Sequence record: MT708547.1
Source: Klebsiella phage Muenster
Length of the DNA stretch: 32,000 nt
Direction: 5' to 3' (one strand)
Shown here: positions 1-9,560 of the stretch, one piece after another
How the letters are laid out: every line of letters starts with the position of its first letter
How positions within the stretch are numbered: the stretch's first letter is position 1
The notes under the pieces: generated by a model
Database searches by the model: none
The model's input: the letters and a program-made list of their open reading frames with translations, nothing else
What the model was told of the DNA's origin: nothing
Program-made: the position numbers and the translations under genes

Positions 1-2
1 TA

Positions 3-569
3 TTCACAGCCGCACAGTTTAACCGTAGTGGTATTAATGAAGAAAAGAAAAGTCAGGCACAAATTGCAGGTGGCATGTCAAAGATTTATACTGCTGATAA
101 CGTAATTTATATCGAAACTAATAAAGATAAAGGTGAACTTTGGTTTGACTTCCAGAAAACTCGTAACAGTTCTGCTGTAGGTTCAAAACTTCGTATGTCT
201 TATAATATGGACTCTCTTCGAGTACTGGATCATGCACAAACAATTCAGGAGCTTGAGTGTAATAAGAGTGGTTTTAAGCTCACACAGAGCACTATGGGTG
301 TTGGTGGAGGCTCAGTGACACAACCACCTTCGACTATGACAAGTCTTCGCCACAGCCTTTACAATGCAAATATGGGGCTATCTCAACCAGTTGAAGTTGA
401 ACACAATGTAGACAACACAAGTGTACTAAATACTGACAATGAGGATGTTTTAAATTCACCAGCATATGAAAATGAAACAATTGAAGAATTTGAAATTGTA
501 GAATCGGTGCAGACAAAACTTTCTCCAAGTAAAATTAGTAATATGAGAGACTTTTTAGGGAAGAGATAG
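3..569 (+). CDS. C-terminal part of DnaB/T4 gp41-like replicative helicase (5' end off window)
   Basis: The frame is open to the window edge upstream of the ATG at 75: FTAAQFNRSGINEEKKSQAQIAGGMSKIYTADNVIYIETN...KTRNSSAVGSKLRMSYNMDSLRV. This matches the DnaB/RecA-core pattern of AQxNRSG (H3-like), ADNVIYI and KTRNSS..G. Confidence 0.7.
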   Translation, partial: FTAAQFNRSGINEEKKSQAQIAGGMSKIYTADNVIYIETNKDKGELWFDFQKTRNSSAVGSKLRMSYNMDSLRVLDHAQTIQELECNKSGFKLTQSTMGVGGGSVTQPPSTMTSLRHSLYNANMGLSQPVEVEHNVDNTSVLNTDNEDVLNSPAYENETIEEFEIVESVQTKLSPSKISNMRDFLGKR

Positions 570-580
570 GAATAATGTGA

Positions 581-850
581 ATGGACGCAAAAAACCAAAA
601 TCTATTAGATAGTATTTTTGAACACACATCCGAAAAAAGATCAATACAGCATTTTAGTAATAGAGCAGATCACGCGATTAACTCTGTTATTAATTTACTT
701 GAATATATAGAAACTGAATTTGATGCAGACGACGCTGAGGATTTAAAAAAGCGTTTATTTCTTAGTATAAAGAATAGAGACTATAAAAAGTTTCAAAAAG
801 GATTGGAGAATATTGCACTCGATGAATCCAGAAAGAATAAGGATAATTGA
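581..850 (+). CDS. hypothetical small protein (89 aa)
   Basis: ORF tightly packed between neighbours, starting 11 nt after the helicase stop. Confidence 0.6.
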   Translation: MDAKNQNLLDSIFEHTSEKRSIQHFSNRADHAINSVINLLEYIETEFDADDAEDLKKRLFLSIKNRDYKKFQKGLENIALDESRKNKDN

Positions 851-2478
851 TGATTTTTGACAAGTCCAAATTTGAAAAATTAACCAAACCACGCAAACTG
901 AAATATATTCAGGAAAATGACTTTTTTGGATTCAATACGAAAAATGCAGTGATGGTATTGTATTGTATAGAAAATGGTTTAACGGATGTTGTATATGCAC
1001 CATGTGGGGCTGAATGTAAAATAACATCAACTAAACCATCCAAGTACTGTAATAGTTATAAAAACAGAAAGGAAGAAACATGTCCTTTGTGTCATAATTA
1101 TTATAAAAATACAATGCAAGAGAAGTACAAAGAAAGTTGTACCAAAAAATATGGTGTAGAAAATCCAATGAAAAATGCTGAAATTAGGGAAATCTATAAA
1201 CAGAATTTCATTGATAAAACAGGATATACAAATCCATTGTGCACAGGTACCGATTCAAGAACAAAAAGAGATCAAACTTGTATTGTATTATTTGGTTCGG
1301 TATCTTCACAAAAAGACCATACTGTTAGGGATAAAACCATAAAAACAAGTACAGAAAAGTTTGGTACTGAACATCCTATGAAAAATAAAAATATTTCCAC
1401 TAAAGCTGGAAATAACTTGAGTTTAGTTCTTAATAAAAAGAAAACAAAAAGGATCTTAGAAAATTTATCCGATGGTATTACATTCATCGATGATGAAAAA
1501 CTGAAATTCAATCAAGAATATGAATTTCGTTGTGATACATGTAATAATATTTTTAAACACCATATATGGAATCTTGGAGCTAAAAAAATAAGTTGTCCTA
1601 TTTGTTTTCCCAGGAATAACAATTCAAGTATGCAAGAAAATGAAATTAGAGGATATATTGAAAGTTTTGGATTAAAAACAATTAGTACTAAAAATATTAT
1701 ACATCCTTATGAAATTGATATTTATATTCCTGAATTAAAAATAGGATTTGAATATAATGGTAGCTACTGGCACAGCACTAAATTTGTTGATAAAAATTAT
1801 CATTTGATGAAGCTTGAACTGGCAGAAAAATGTAATGTTCATTTGATTAATATTCATGAAGTTGATTATCAAAACAATAAAGAAGTAATATTATCTAGAA
1901 TTAAAAATGTTTTAGGTTTTTCTGAATCTACATATGCCCGTTCTTGTACTATAAAAGAAGTTGGTTCAAAAGAAGAGAAGGAATTTCTTAATAAAAATCA
2001 TTTACAAGGTTATGTTAATAGTAAACTGTGTTATGGATTATATCATGATGATGTACTAATGGCTGTAATGTCTTTTGGTAAAACTCGATATGATAAGAAT
2101 GATGATGGTGTATATGAATTACTAAGATATTGTTCATCTGGTACTGTAATCGGTGGAGCATCGAGATTACTAAAACATTTTGAAAAATACAATAAACCAA
2201 AACGACTAATTTCATATGCATCAAGAGACTGGACAAGTATTAATAATAATTTATATAAAACGCTTGGATTTGAATTTGTGAAAAGTACTAAACCTAGTTA
2301 TTTTTATGAAAAGAATAATACCAAATTCAGTAGATATCAATGTACTTTGAAAAAATTATATAAAAACGACCCTTCACTTTTACCTAATTTAACAGAAGAT
2401 GATATAACTATTGGTTTGTATAAGTTTAATAAAATATACACTACTGGGAATTTGAAATATGAAAAAAACTATAAATGA
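847..2478 (+). CDS. homing-endonuclease-like protein: Cys zinc-binding N-terminus, PD-(D/E)XK/Vsr-like nuclease, C-terminal GNAT/Mom-like domain
   Basis: CGAECK...YCNSY...CPLC, KYGVENPMKN / KFGTEHPMKN repeats, CDTCNNIF...CPIC, EIDIYIPELKIGFEYNGSYWHS, then GLYHDDVLMAVMSFGKTRYDK...YELLRYCSSGTVIGGASRLLKHFEKYNKPKRLISYAS. Overlaps the upstream stop by 4 nt (ATGA). Confidence 0.8.
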   Translation: MMIFDKSKFEKLTKPRKLKYIQENDFFGFNTKNAVMVLYCIENGLTDVVYAPCGAECKITSTKPSKYCNSYKNRKEETCPLCHNYYKNTMQEKYKESCTKKYGVENPMKNAEIREIYKQNFIDKTGYTNPLCTGTDSRTKRDQTCIVLFGSVSSQKDHTVRDKTIKTSTEKFGTEHPMKNKNISTKAGNNLSLVLNKKKTKRILENLSDGITFIDDEKLKFNQEYEFRCDTCNNIFKHHIWNLGAKKISCPICFPRNNNSSMQENEIRGYIESFGLKTISTKNIIHPYEIDIYIPELKIGFEYNGSYWHSTKFVDKNYHLMKLELAEKCNVHLINIHEVDYQNNKEVILSRIKNVLGFSESTYARSCTIKEVGSKEEKEFLNKNHLQGYVNSKLCYGLYHDDVLMAVMSFGKTRYDKNDDGVYELLRYCSSGTVIGGASRLLKHFEKYNKPKRLISYASRDWTSINNNLYKTLGFEFVKSTKPSYFYEKNNTKFSRYQCTLKKLYKNDPSLLPNLTEDDITIGLYKFNKIYTTGNLKYEKNYK

Positions 2479-2614
2479 AAATGCCAGTTCTGGAAGTACA
2501 TCATCTGGATCTATTGCTTCCAGTACCAACGGATTACATTATCCGCTAGTCACCAGACTTCCCAAGACTAATTTCTTTGGAATGAAAGAATATAAAAAGA
2601 AGGATAAAAAATGA
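2459..2614 (+). CDS. short overlapping ORF (51 aa): MKKTINENASSGSTSSGSIASSTNGLHYPLVTRLPKTNFFGMKEYKKKDKK
   Basis: Manual translation. It starts inside the 3' end of the endonuclease gene and overlaps the next start by ATGA. It was below the length cutoff of the supplied track. Confidence 0.5.
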   Translation: MKKTINENASSGSTSSGSIASSTNGLHYPLVTRLPKTNFFGMKEYKKKDKK

Positions 2615-3003
2615 AACCATATACTTTCTATACAATCAATACAGTTGTTGATATTGGTGATGGTAGTACTCCTACTATATCAAATGGAAAGTTCACTGGT
2701 GCTATGAATTTATCAAGGCTGGTAGAAACAATTACTATACATGATTATCCTATGATGGTAAGTATTGTAAAAACTGAAGTAGATTTATCAAAAGATAGTA
2801 ATGCTGAATTTTACAATTTACCATCTGTGTGGGGAAAATGTGTTGTGAGTACTTTTAAGTTCGCATTAACAAATGATGTGACATTGAAAATTAATGGTGT
2901 TCCATTGGTATTGCCTACTGTAGTTAATAATACCAGAATTACTAAATTCCAGACAATGAATACTAACAGGAATATCAGTATTATTAAGCAGACTTTTTAT
3001 TAA
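2611..3003 (+). CDS. hypothetical protein (130 aa)
   Basis: ORF in the operon; ATGA overlap with the preceding short ORF. Confidence 0.65.
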   Translation: MKPYTFYTINTVVDIGDGSTPTISNGKFTGAMNLSRLVETITIHDYPMMVSIVKTEVDLSKDSNAEFYNLPSVWGKCVVSTFKFALTNDVTLKINGVPLVLPTVVNNTRITKFQTMNTNRNISIIKQTFY

Positions 3004-3042
3004 AATAAATAATTGAAAGATCTTTTTACAAAAGGAATTAAA

Positions 3043-4014
3043 ATGGATATTCAACAAACATCACAAGAATTACAAAAATTTGCTGATTCTCAGGGAATGA
3101 ATATTGATGTTTCTACTGTACTCGATAATATGGATGCTGGTGATTTCGTGGAATTGAATTCGGCTATCGACTCTAACAATAATCAAGAAATTTTTAAAAT
3201 TCTTCAAAAATATAAAGCACGTATGAGTGAAAGTTTTGAATATTTTAGTCCAACATATGTACTTAAATACGTAACCGAAAATTCAAAACTAAAAGAAATT
3301 GATAATTATAGTATTAAAGAATTAAAAGAAGCGTATTCAAAATTCAGTACATATGGTGATATTTCAGAATTTAGTACTCAGGAATTAAAAGCATTAGTGT
3401 ATGAAGATATAACACAGAATGCTACACAGCTTAATGCGTTAAAAACTAGTAATATTGCACAACAAAATCTACAACAGCAACAACAACAAATTAATCCACA
3501 GACACAGGCTAAAGTTAAACAAGCAGAATTGCAAAAAGGTACGGGTAATATGAAAGTATCTGTTCCTGGTCAACAATCTGGTACAGATGAAATTGAACCC
3601 CTTGTTGGTATTGATGTTGGACAAACACCACAACAGACATTGGTTGTTACTAAAAGTGGTTCTAAACCAAATCAGGTTAATATATTTGGTCTAGATGACG
3701 TCACCCCAGTTCAGGAATCAAGAAAACTAATGGATGACATTGATAAGATCTGCACAGAAGAAAAATCTGTACAAGAGATTAATGCAGAAACTAAAAATGT
3801 TGCTCCGCCAGCACCTGAACAAAGTGGAACTCCATCGCCAGTTACTTATACTGCTCCTGGTATGGGTGAGTTTATTCATTCAGTACAGGACGTTCCATTT
3901 GAAGATGATTTCAGTGGAGAAGAAAGCCCATTAGGAAATTCTAAATTTGAACAGAATGATGAAATTGTTAACGATATAATTGATTTATGCAATCGAATGG
4001 ATAATAGAAAATGA
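3043..4014 (+). CDS. hypothetical protein with Gln-rich central linker
   Basis: The ORF track starts at 3013, but ATG 3043 (MDIQQTSQELQKF) follows an aaaggaatt ribosome-binding-like sequence. Contains a QQNLQQQQQQINPQTQ tract. Confidence 0.65.
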   Translation: MDIQQTSQELQKFADSQGMNIDVSTVLDNMDAGDFVELNSAIDSNNNQEIFKILQKYKARMSESFEYFSPTYVLKYVTENSKLKEIDNYSIKELKEAYSKFSTYGDISEFSTQELKALVYEDITQNATQLNALKTSNIAQQNLQQQQQQINPQTQAKVKQAELQKGTGNMKVSVPGQQSGTDEIEPLVGIDVGQTPQQTLVVTKSGSKPNQVNIFGLDDVTPVQESRKLMDDIDKICTEEKSVQEINAETKNVAPPAPEQSGTPSPVTYTAPGMGEFIHSVQDVPFEDDFSGEESPLGNSKFEQNDEIVNDIIDLCNRMDNRK

Positions 4015-4205
4015 GATCTATAAAAACCGACAATGGTTATAGTATTATCCTTAGTAATGAAGAGTACTCATTATATAGAAAAATTAAAGCTAGAAAAAAA
4101 ATTCACGAAGAATCTCTTCCTGAATATTATCAAGAACTCGCCAATAAACTGGTATCAAGGGGCGTTCTTGATAAAACTGAAGATAATATATATACAGTAA
4201 AATAA
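4011..4205 (+). CDS. hypothetical small protein (64 aa)
   Basis: ATGA overlap with the preceding stop. Confidence 0.55.
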   Translation: MRSIKTDNGYSIILSNEEYSLYRKIKARKKIHEESLPEYYQELANKLVSRGVLDKTEDNIYTVK

Positions 4206-4229
4206 TACAATGTAATTAAAGGAAGTTAT

Positions 4230-4883
4230 ATGAGTTATTATTCTGATGATTATGAACAAAATAAGAAGGCTAAATCAGAAATTTCTGATTTACTTACTGA
4301 CTTGTATGATATTGGTTTTTATGATAAAAATGATATCCCACCACCGGTAAGTACAGCACCTGATTATGGTTATGATTATATTACAGAAGGTGTACAAGGT
4401 ACTTATTCACTGGATGAAAATGGTATTCCAGTTAATGTAGTACAACCCACTATCCCAGAACAGTACTATACTGAACCTGTTATTCAAAAACCAAAAAATA
4501 CTAAAAAATGGGATTTAGTTGAAGATCACTATCCAGGTACTAAAAGTACTAAAGTCTATAGTATTAAATGTAATTCAAATGACCAAATTATTATGAATAA
4601 CATTTTAATGCACGAAGCCGCTTTAACTTTAGTAAATCTTTTAAATGAAGGTAGAATGTTAACTGATCCAAAAATTCTTGGTATAATCAGCAGTGGTATT
4701 CAATTTACTTCAGTTATGAATGAGGTCATAAAAGTATCAAAAGAACGTCTTGTAGTACTAAATGAAGCTCGTTATGATGATGCAAAAGAATTGGATGTAA
4801 AAATTGCCGAAAAGAAAAATGAAGCATATAAACTGAAAAAACGTGTACTGGATTTTCTAAAAACTGAAGGCTACATTAAATAG
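4230..4883 (+). CDS. hypothetical protein (217 aa), C-terminal helical region
   Basis: Intact ORF preceded by aaaggaag. Confidence 0.65.
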   Translation: MSYYSDDYEQNKKAKSEISDLLTDLYDIGFYDKNDIPPPVSTAPDYGYDYITEGVQGTYSLDENGIPVNVVQPTIPEQYYTEPVIQKPKNTKKWDLVEDHYPGTKSTKVYSIKCNSNDQIIMNNILMHEAALTLVNLLNEGRMLTDPKILGIISSGIQFTSVMNEVIKVSKERLVVLNEARYDDAKELDVKIAEKKNEAYKLKKRVLDFLKTEGYIK

Positions 4884-4900
4884 TACTTCAAGGGAATGAA

Positions 4901-6634
4901 ATGAAAAAATATCTGAAAAATTTAGATACAGAAACAGAAAATCTATTTAATGAAATTCGTTCATTACTAAGTAACAAAAATAGTAAATCATGGCATACCT
5001 CAATAAATGCTTCTGGAAGGGAGCATTTAAAAAACGCGGTACTTAGAGTCTATCCAAGTAGTGATTTTTTACTATCAGAAGCATTAAAACTGATTATCAA
5101 TCAAGAAGAACCACCGTATGCAGTATGTGGTAGAAAATGTAAGTATTTTAATGGTCAGTATGATAGATATTGTTCATTGGGTGTCAAACCCAATAAAAAC
5201 ACTTATTGTGAGAAGTGCAATAAACTCTGGCGAGAAAAGAAAAACAAATCCACAAAAGAAAACTGTCTAAATCAGTACAATGTTGAACACCCTTTTCAGC
5301 GAAATGATGTGAAAACAAAAGTACATGAAACTAAAATACGAAAATACGGTACTAATTATAATAAAATAATTTCAAACAAATCATTCAGTACTTATTATAA
5401 TAAAACTGGATATTCATGTCCATTGAGTAATCCAGATATACAACAAAAAATTAAAGAAACTAATATTAAAAATTATGGATATGAAAATCCCGGTTCATCT
5501 CCATTAATTGTACAAAAAAGAAAAAATACCCAGAAGAAATTATATGGTCATGAACATTCTATGCAGAATGGTGATATAAAACTAAAGGTATTGATTAAAT
5601 CTGCCACACAGAGAATGGATAGTATAAATTCAAAACTTGAATTTACTAATTTTATTCCTTTGTTTGATATTAGTGATTTAATTGGTTTGGATACATATAA
5701 CAAAATGCCATACTGGTGTAATACACATGGTTTATTTTATTCATGTAGTAATTATAAAATTATATGTAATGAATGCACTCCCGTTCATATAAGCACACAA
5801 CACAAAGAGATATTAAATTTTATAGAAAATCTTGGTATTGAATGTGTAACGAATACACGCTCTGTTTTAAAAAGTACTATGGAATTGGATATTTTTATAC
5901 CTGACTTGAATGTTGCAATAGAAATTAATGGTATGTACTGGCATAGTACTGAATACAAAGAACGACTGTATCATCAAAACAAAATGTTGGAATGTAAAGA
6001 ACATGGCATTCACTTAATACAGATATGGGAAGATGAATGGAATACCAAACAAGATTTGGTTAAATTTCGTTTGATGAATGTATTAAAATGCTCCAGTACT
6101 ATATATGCAAGAAAATGTAAAATAAAAGAAATCAATAAAAAAGAATGTGATAATTTTATTAATACATACCATATCCAAGGTTCTAGTTCATCATCTATTA
6201 GAATTGGTTTATATTACGAAAATGAATTATATGCAGTTATGACATTTGGAAAATCCAGATTTGATAAAACTGTTCAGTATGAATTGATACGATATTGTTC
6301 AAAAAGTACAGTCGTTGGCGGTGCATCTAAATTATTAAAGTACTTTGAGAAGAAATACAAACCAGTGTCGTTGATTTCTTATGCAGATGCGTGTTGGAGT
6401 ACTGGTGATTTATATATTAAACTTGGTTTTACATATAATGGATTAACTGAACCTGGTTATTTTTATTACAAATCAAGTACTGGTAGAATTTCAAGGCATC
6501 AATGTCAAAAGAAAAAACTAGTCAATCAGGGATATGATGAAAATTTATCAGAATATCAAATATGTACCACTGTACTTAAATATAACAAAATATTTGATTG
6601 TGGTAATTTTAAATTCACTAAATATTACATATAA
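4901..6634 (+). CDS. homing-endonuclease-like protein, paralogue of 847..2478
   Basis: CGRKCKYFNGQYDRYCSLG...CEKCNKLW, KYGTNYNK / NYGYENPG repeats, MELDIFIPDLNVAIEINGMYWHSTEY, GLYYENELYAVMTFGKSRFDK...ELIRYCSKSTVVGGASKLLKYFEKKYKPVSLISYADACWSTGDLYIKLGF. Confidence 0.8.
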   Translation: MKKYLKNLDTETENLFNEIRSLLSNKNSKSWHTSINASGREHLKNAVLRVYPSSDFLLSEALKLIINQEEPPYAVCGRKCKYFNGQYDRYCSLGVKPNKNTYCEKCNKLWREKKNKSTKENCLNQYNVEHPFQRNDVKTKVHETKIRKYGTNYNKIISNKSFSTYYNKTGYSCPLSNPDIQQKIKETNIKNYGYENPGSSPLIVQKRKNTQKKLYGHEHSMQNGDIKLKVLIKSATQRMDSINSKLEFTNFIPLFDISDLIGLDTYNKMPYWCNTHGLFYSCSNYKIICNECTPVHISTQHKEILNFIENLGIECVTNTRSVLKSTMELDIFIPDLNVAIEINGMYWHSTEYKERLYHQNKMLECKEHGIHLIQIWEDEWNTKQDLVKFRLMNVLKCSSTIYARKCKIKEINKKECDNFINTYHIQGSSSSSIRIGLYYENELYAVMTFGKSRFDKTVQYELIRYCSKSTVVGGASKLLKYFEKKYKPVSLISYADACWSTGDLYIKLGFTYNGLTEPGYFYYKSSTGRISRHQCQKKKLVNQGYDENLSEYQICTTVLKYNKIFDCGNFKFTKYYI

Positions 6635-6653
6635 CTTATAAGGAATATATAAA

Positions 6654-7277
6654 ATGTCTGACATTAAAAAAATCATGGAAGCTGAAAATCGTGTAGAAGC
6701 ACTGAAGTTCATGCAGATTAATGAAAGTAATATTGAAAAACTGGAAGTGGTTCTCGCAATCAAATCTGGTATTGCCGATAAACTACAACGTGCTTCTGAG
6801 CAGTTGATGAACTACAGCGTTGACGTTCTCGGTCCAATTGTTGATCGTATTAAAGCAGAAGAAGGTATTGAAGTGGCCGAAGAATTTCAGTCCAGAGTTA
6901 AAAACATCCTTCAACATGCAGCAGATGTAGTTATGGATGCTAAAGACCAGATCACTAACGAAACTCTTAAACTTACTGGTGATGTAGCTGATAATCCAGA
7001 TGTGGCTGATATCGGTATTGATGATGATCTAACCGTTGATGAGGAAACCCCAACTTTTGATATGGAATCTGATGCTTCCTTTGATGATATTGAAGAACCT
7101 GTACCGGAAGATCGTGCAATGAAAGAATCTGTACAATATACCCAAGTTGGTATCAAAATGGAAAGTACTAAAGGTACTATTGGTACAAAATATTTCAGTA
7201 CTCATAAAGAAGCTGAAAAATGGCTCAAAGAAAATGAATCTAAAGTCAAAAAAGTACTTGGGTTCGAGAAAAAATAA
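6654..7277 (+). CDS. hypothetical protein (207 aa), acidic centre
   Basis: Intact ORF with upstream ataaggaat. Confidence 0.65.
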   Translation: MSDIKKIMEAENRVEALKFMQINESNIEKLEVVLAIKSGIADKLQRASEQLMNYSVDVLGPIVDRIKAEEGIEVAEEFQSRVKNILQHAADVVMDAKDQITNETLKLTGDVADNPDVADIGIDDDLTVDEETPTFDMESDASFDDIEEPVPEDRAMKESVQYTQVGIKMESTKGTIGTKYFSTHKEAEKWLKENESKVKKVLGFEKK

Positions 7278-7285
7278 GGTTAATT

Positions 7286-7636
7286 ATGAAATTTCGTGAT
7301 ATTGTAAAAATCACAGAAGATGCACCACCAAAAGATATTCGCAATATGATCACCAGTATTGCATTATCACTAGTTGCATCTGGTAGGGAAGAGGTTGGTA
7401 TTCAGTCATTGGTTAATGAAATTAAGAAAAGGACTGGTATTGATGTTCCTTATAATGTGATGATGGATATTTTAAATTCGTTGCCATTTGTTCAGGATGC
7501 AAATTCTGATAGAGTACAATTTTCAGGAACTGATACCAGTACTGACTTTAAGCAACCTAATTCAGAAGAAAGTTCTGAACAAAAAGTACAAGATATGGCT
7601 GGTAAAGCAGCCACCGACAGTATGAAATCACTATAA
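7286..7636 (+). CDS. hypothetical protein (116 aa)
   Basis: Intact ORF just downstream of the previous gene. Confidence 0.6.
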   Translation: MKFRDIVKITEDAPPKDIRNMITSIALSLVASGREEVGIQSLVNEIKKRTGIDVPYNVMMDILNSLPFVQDANSDRVQFSGTDTSTDFKQPNSEESSEQKVQDMAGKAATDSMKSL

Positions 7637-7641
7637 AATTT

Positions 7642-7671
7642 TTGAACAAAAAGACAAAAATAAGCTATAAT
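7642..7671 (+). promoter_or_regulatory. putative sigma70-type promoter TTGAAC-N18-TATAAT
   Basis: TTTTTGAACAAAAAGACAAAAATAAGCTATAAT lies immediately upstream of the exonuclease gene. Same architecture as three other sites in the window. Confidence 0.7.
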
Positions 7672-7688
7672 TATGGAGTAACAAGGGA

Positions 7689-8396
7689 ATGTTTGTTCCA
7701 CCTATTATTAGCAGATATTCTTATGTTGATTATAAAAGAATTGAAGGCGGCTCTCAGGGTCGCCTTTATTCTACCCCAACCGGAAATCTGCCATCGGTAA
7801 CTACAATTCTAAGTGCCACATCCAATGATGAAGGATTGAAAAAATGGCGTGAATTTGTGGGAGAAGAAAAAGCCAATGCTATCACACTGGAAGCAACGAC
7901 AATTGGTACCTTTATGCATGAAAATTTAGAAAATAGATTAAATTCTAAGCCAGATCATGAAGGTGGTATGCCAGTACGTGTATTAGCAAGAAAAATGGCT
8001 GATAAAATTCAAGAAGAAGCGTGGCCTAAAATTAATGAAGTATGGGGTCAGGAAGTACCACTGTACTATGAAGGTCTATGGGCTGGAACAACAGATTTGG
8101 TTGGAATTCATGACGGAATTCCAACCATCATGGATTACAAAAATTCTAGAAAAAAGAAAACATGGAATCATATTGAAAATTACCGTTTACAAATTGCCGC
8201 ATATGCGTTGGCTCATAACTATATGTATGGAACTGATATACGACGTGGTGTAATATTTGTTTGTGTAAGAGAAGATCCTCAAAATTTACAATATCAGGAA
8301 TTTATAATTGAAGGTGATGATTTTGATGAAGCCGTACAAATGTGGATTTCTAGAGTAGAGCAATATTATATAATGAATGGGCAAATTATAAATTAA
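7689..8396 (+). CDS. PD-(D/E)XK exonuclease (RecB/Cas4/MGME1-like fold)
   Basis: GTFMHENLENRL, YYEGLWAGTTDLVGIHDGIPTIMDYKNSRKKKTWNHIENYRLQIAAYALAH: the GT-x2-H, D-x(n)-D-x-K, Q-x3-Y arrangement. Confidence 0.8.
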   Translation: MFVPPIISRYSYVDYKRIEGGSQGRLYSTPTGNLPSVTTILSATSNDEGLKKWREFVGEEKANAITLEATTIGTFMHENLENRLNSKPDHEGGMPVRVLARKMADKIQEEAWPKINEVWGQEVPLYYEGLWAGTTDLVGIHDGIPTIMDYKNSRKKKTWNHIENYRLQIAAYALAHNYMYGTDIRRGVIFVCVREDPQNLQYQEFIIEGDDFDEAVQMWISRVEQYYIMNGQIIN

Positions 8397-8416
8397 ATTA
8401 GCAAACTGGAGTAACA

Positions 8417-8953
8417 ATGAAAGACAACGTATACATTTATATTATTAAAGTACTGGAAGGTAAAGGTTACGATATCAATGAAGTAATCAAGAAAAGCGAT
8501 AAAGAAATCAAATCTCTTCCTCTATCTCGTCAGATTATTGAGGGTATTATTTCTTATAAAGAAAAGGGTTCCCCAAAACTAGAAGAAATCGAAAAGGAAA
8601 TCTTTGATAAGAGATATAACCCAGACGTGGAAGTAAAAACTTCAGATATTATCGAATATGTAAAAAACACCGATGAACAAAATGAAGTCCTGGATAATAT
8701 TAAACAAGAACAACTTGAAGAAATTCCTGATGATGTAATTGTAATTAAACATACTGCTCCGAACAAAGAAGATTTGGATATCATCAAAGATGCCCTTCAA
8801 CAAAAAGAACTCCGTACAATTGCAAAATATGTTAAACACCTGAAAGACACCGTTCCTTCTGCTATTATGTCTGCTGTTGATAGTGTGACTATTAATGACC
8901 TAATTAATGCACGAATTGCAGAAGTAAAATCAGCAGAAGAAAAAACTAAATAA
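8417..8953 (+). CDS. hypothetical protein (178 aa)
   Basis: Intact ORF in series with upstream ggagtaac. Confidence 0.6.
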   Translation: MKDNVYIYIIKVLEGKGYDINEVIKKSDKEIKSLPLSRQIIEGIISYKEKGSPKLEEIEKEIFDKRYNPDVEVKTSDIIEYVKNTDEQNEVLDNIKQEQLEEIPDDVIVIKHTAPNKEDLDIIKDALQQKELRTIAKYVKHLKDTVPSAIMSAVDSVTINDLINARIAEVKSAEEKTK

Positions 8954-8984
8954 TCCTATAACGAACTTTGATTAAGGGTTTAAT

Positions 8985-9560
8985 ATGGCTCAACAACAAA
9001 TCGCTTTACAACAAATCAGAACAGGTAAACAGCGTGATTTACCGGATGCGTTGGAAAAAGGACAACTAGGATTCAGTACTGACGTAGGTCGTATGTTCGT
9101 TGGTTTACCATCCTCATCTGATCCTGCAAGTTTAGTAGCAGGTCGTAATTGGGACAATGCACCAAATAGTGGGAAAGAAAATGTAGAAATTATTACGGAG
9201 TTTACACCATGGCAGGTTGTTTCTAATATTGTAAACCGACCGTATGTATTCTCTGTACCGAAGGGTGGTAGTACGCAAATTTCAATTCAAAGTGATAATA
9301 GAGTGTTTCTTGATTATATGGCATATAACGATACTTCCAGTATTCTGGAAAGTGGTAATGTACAAATGTTGTGTAATGATTCAAAAACACTACTGGCACA
9401 ATTTAATAATACAACTCAAGAAGAGGGTATCATTTCATTGACTTTCTCGGATGCAACATTCGATGAAAGTACTAAATTGATGGTATTCACTATCACTAAT
9501 AATGACACGGAAAGTGATTATAGTATAGAATTCGTATATAGAGGCTGGGATAAACCGTAA
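8985..9560 (+). CDS. probable virion/tail-fibre-associated protein with Mtd N-terminal-like motif
   Basis: MAQQQIALQQIRTGKQRDLPDALEKGQLGFSTDVGRMFVGLP resembles the pattern IQxRRGTxxxLPxxLExGELGxxTDxxRxFxG. Confidence 0.55.
   Translation: MAQQQIALQQIRTGKQRDLPDALEKGQLGFSTDVGRMFVGLPSSSDPASLVAGRNWDNAPNSGKENVEIITEFTPWQVVSNIVNRPYVFSVPKGGSTQISIQSDNRVFLDYMAYNDTSSILESGNVQMLCNDSKTLLAQFNNTTQEEGIISLTFSDATFDESTKLMVFTITNNDTESDYSIEFVYRGWDKP

Noticed and set aside
614-650. TTTTTGAACACACATCC inside the 581..850 gene as a fifth promoter
   Set aside because: No TATAAT-like box at 17-18 nt spacing (sequence there is CAATAC), and it is within coding sequence.
3481-3560. CAA-rich repeat (QQQQQQ) as a possible regulatory or phase-variable tract
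   Set aside because: Short, mixed CAA/CAG tract encoding an ordinary Gln-rich linker; no sign of slippage-prone long homogeneous repeats.
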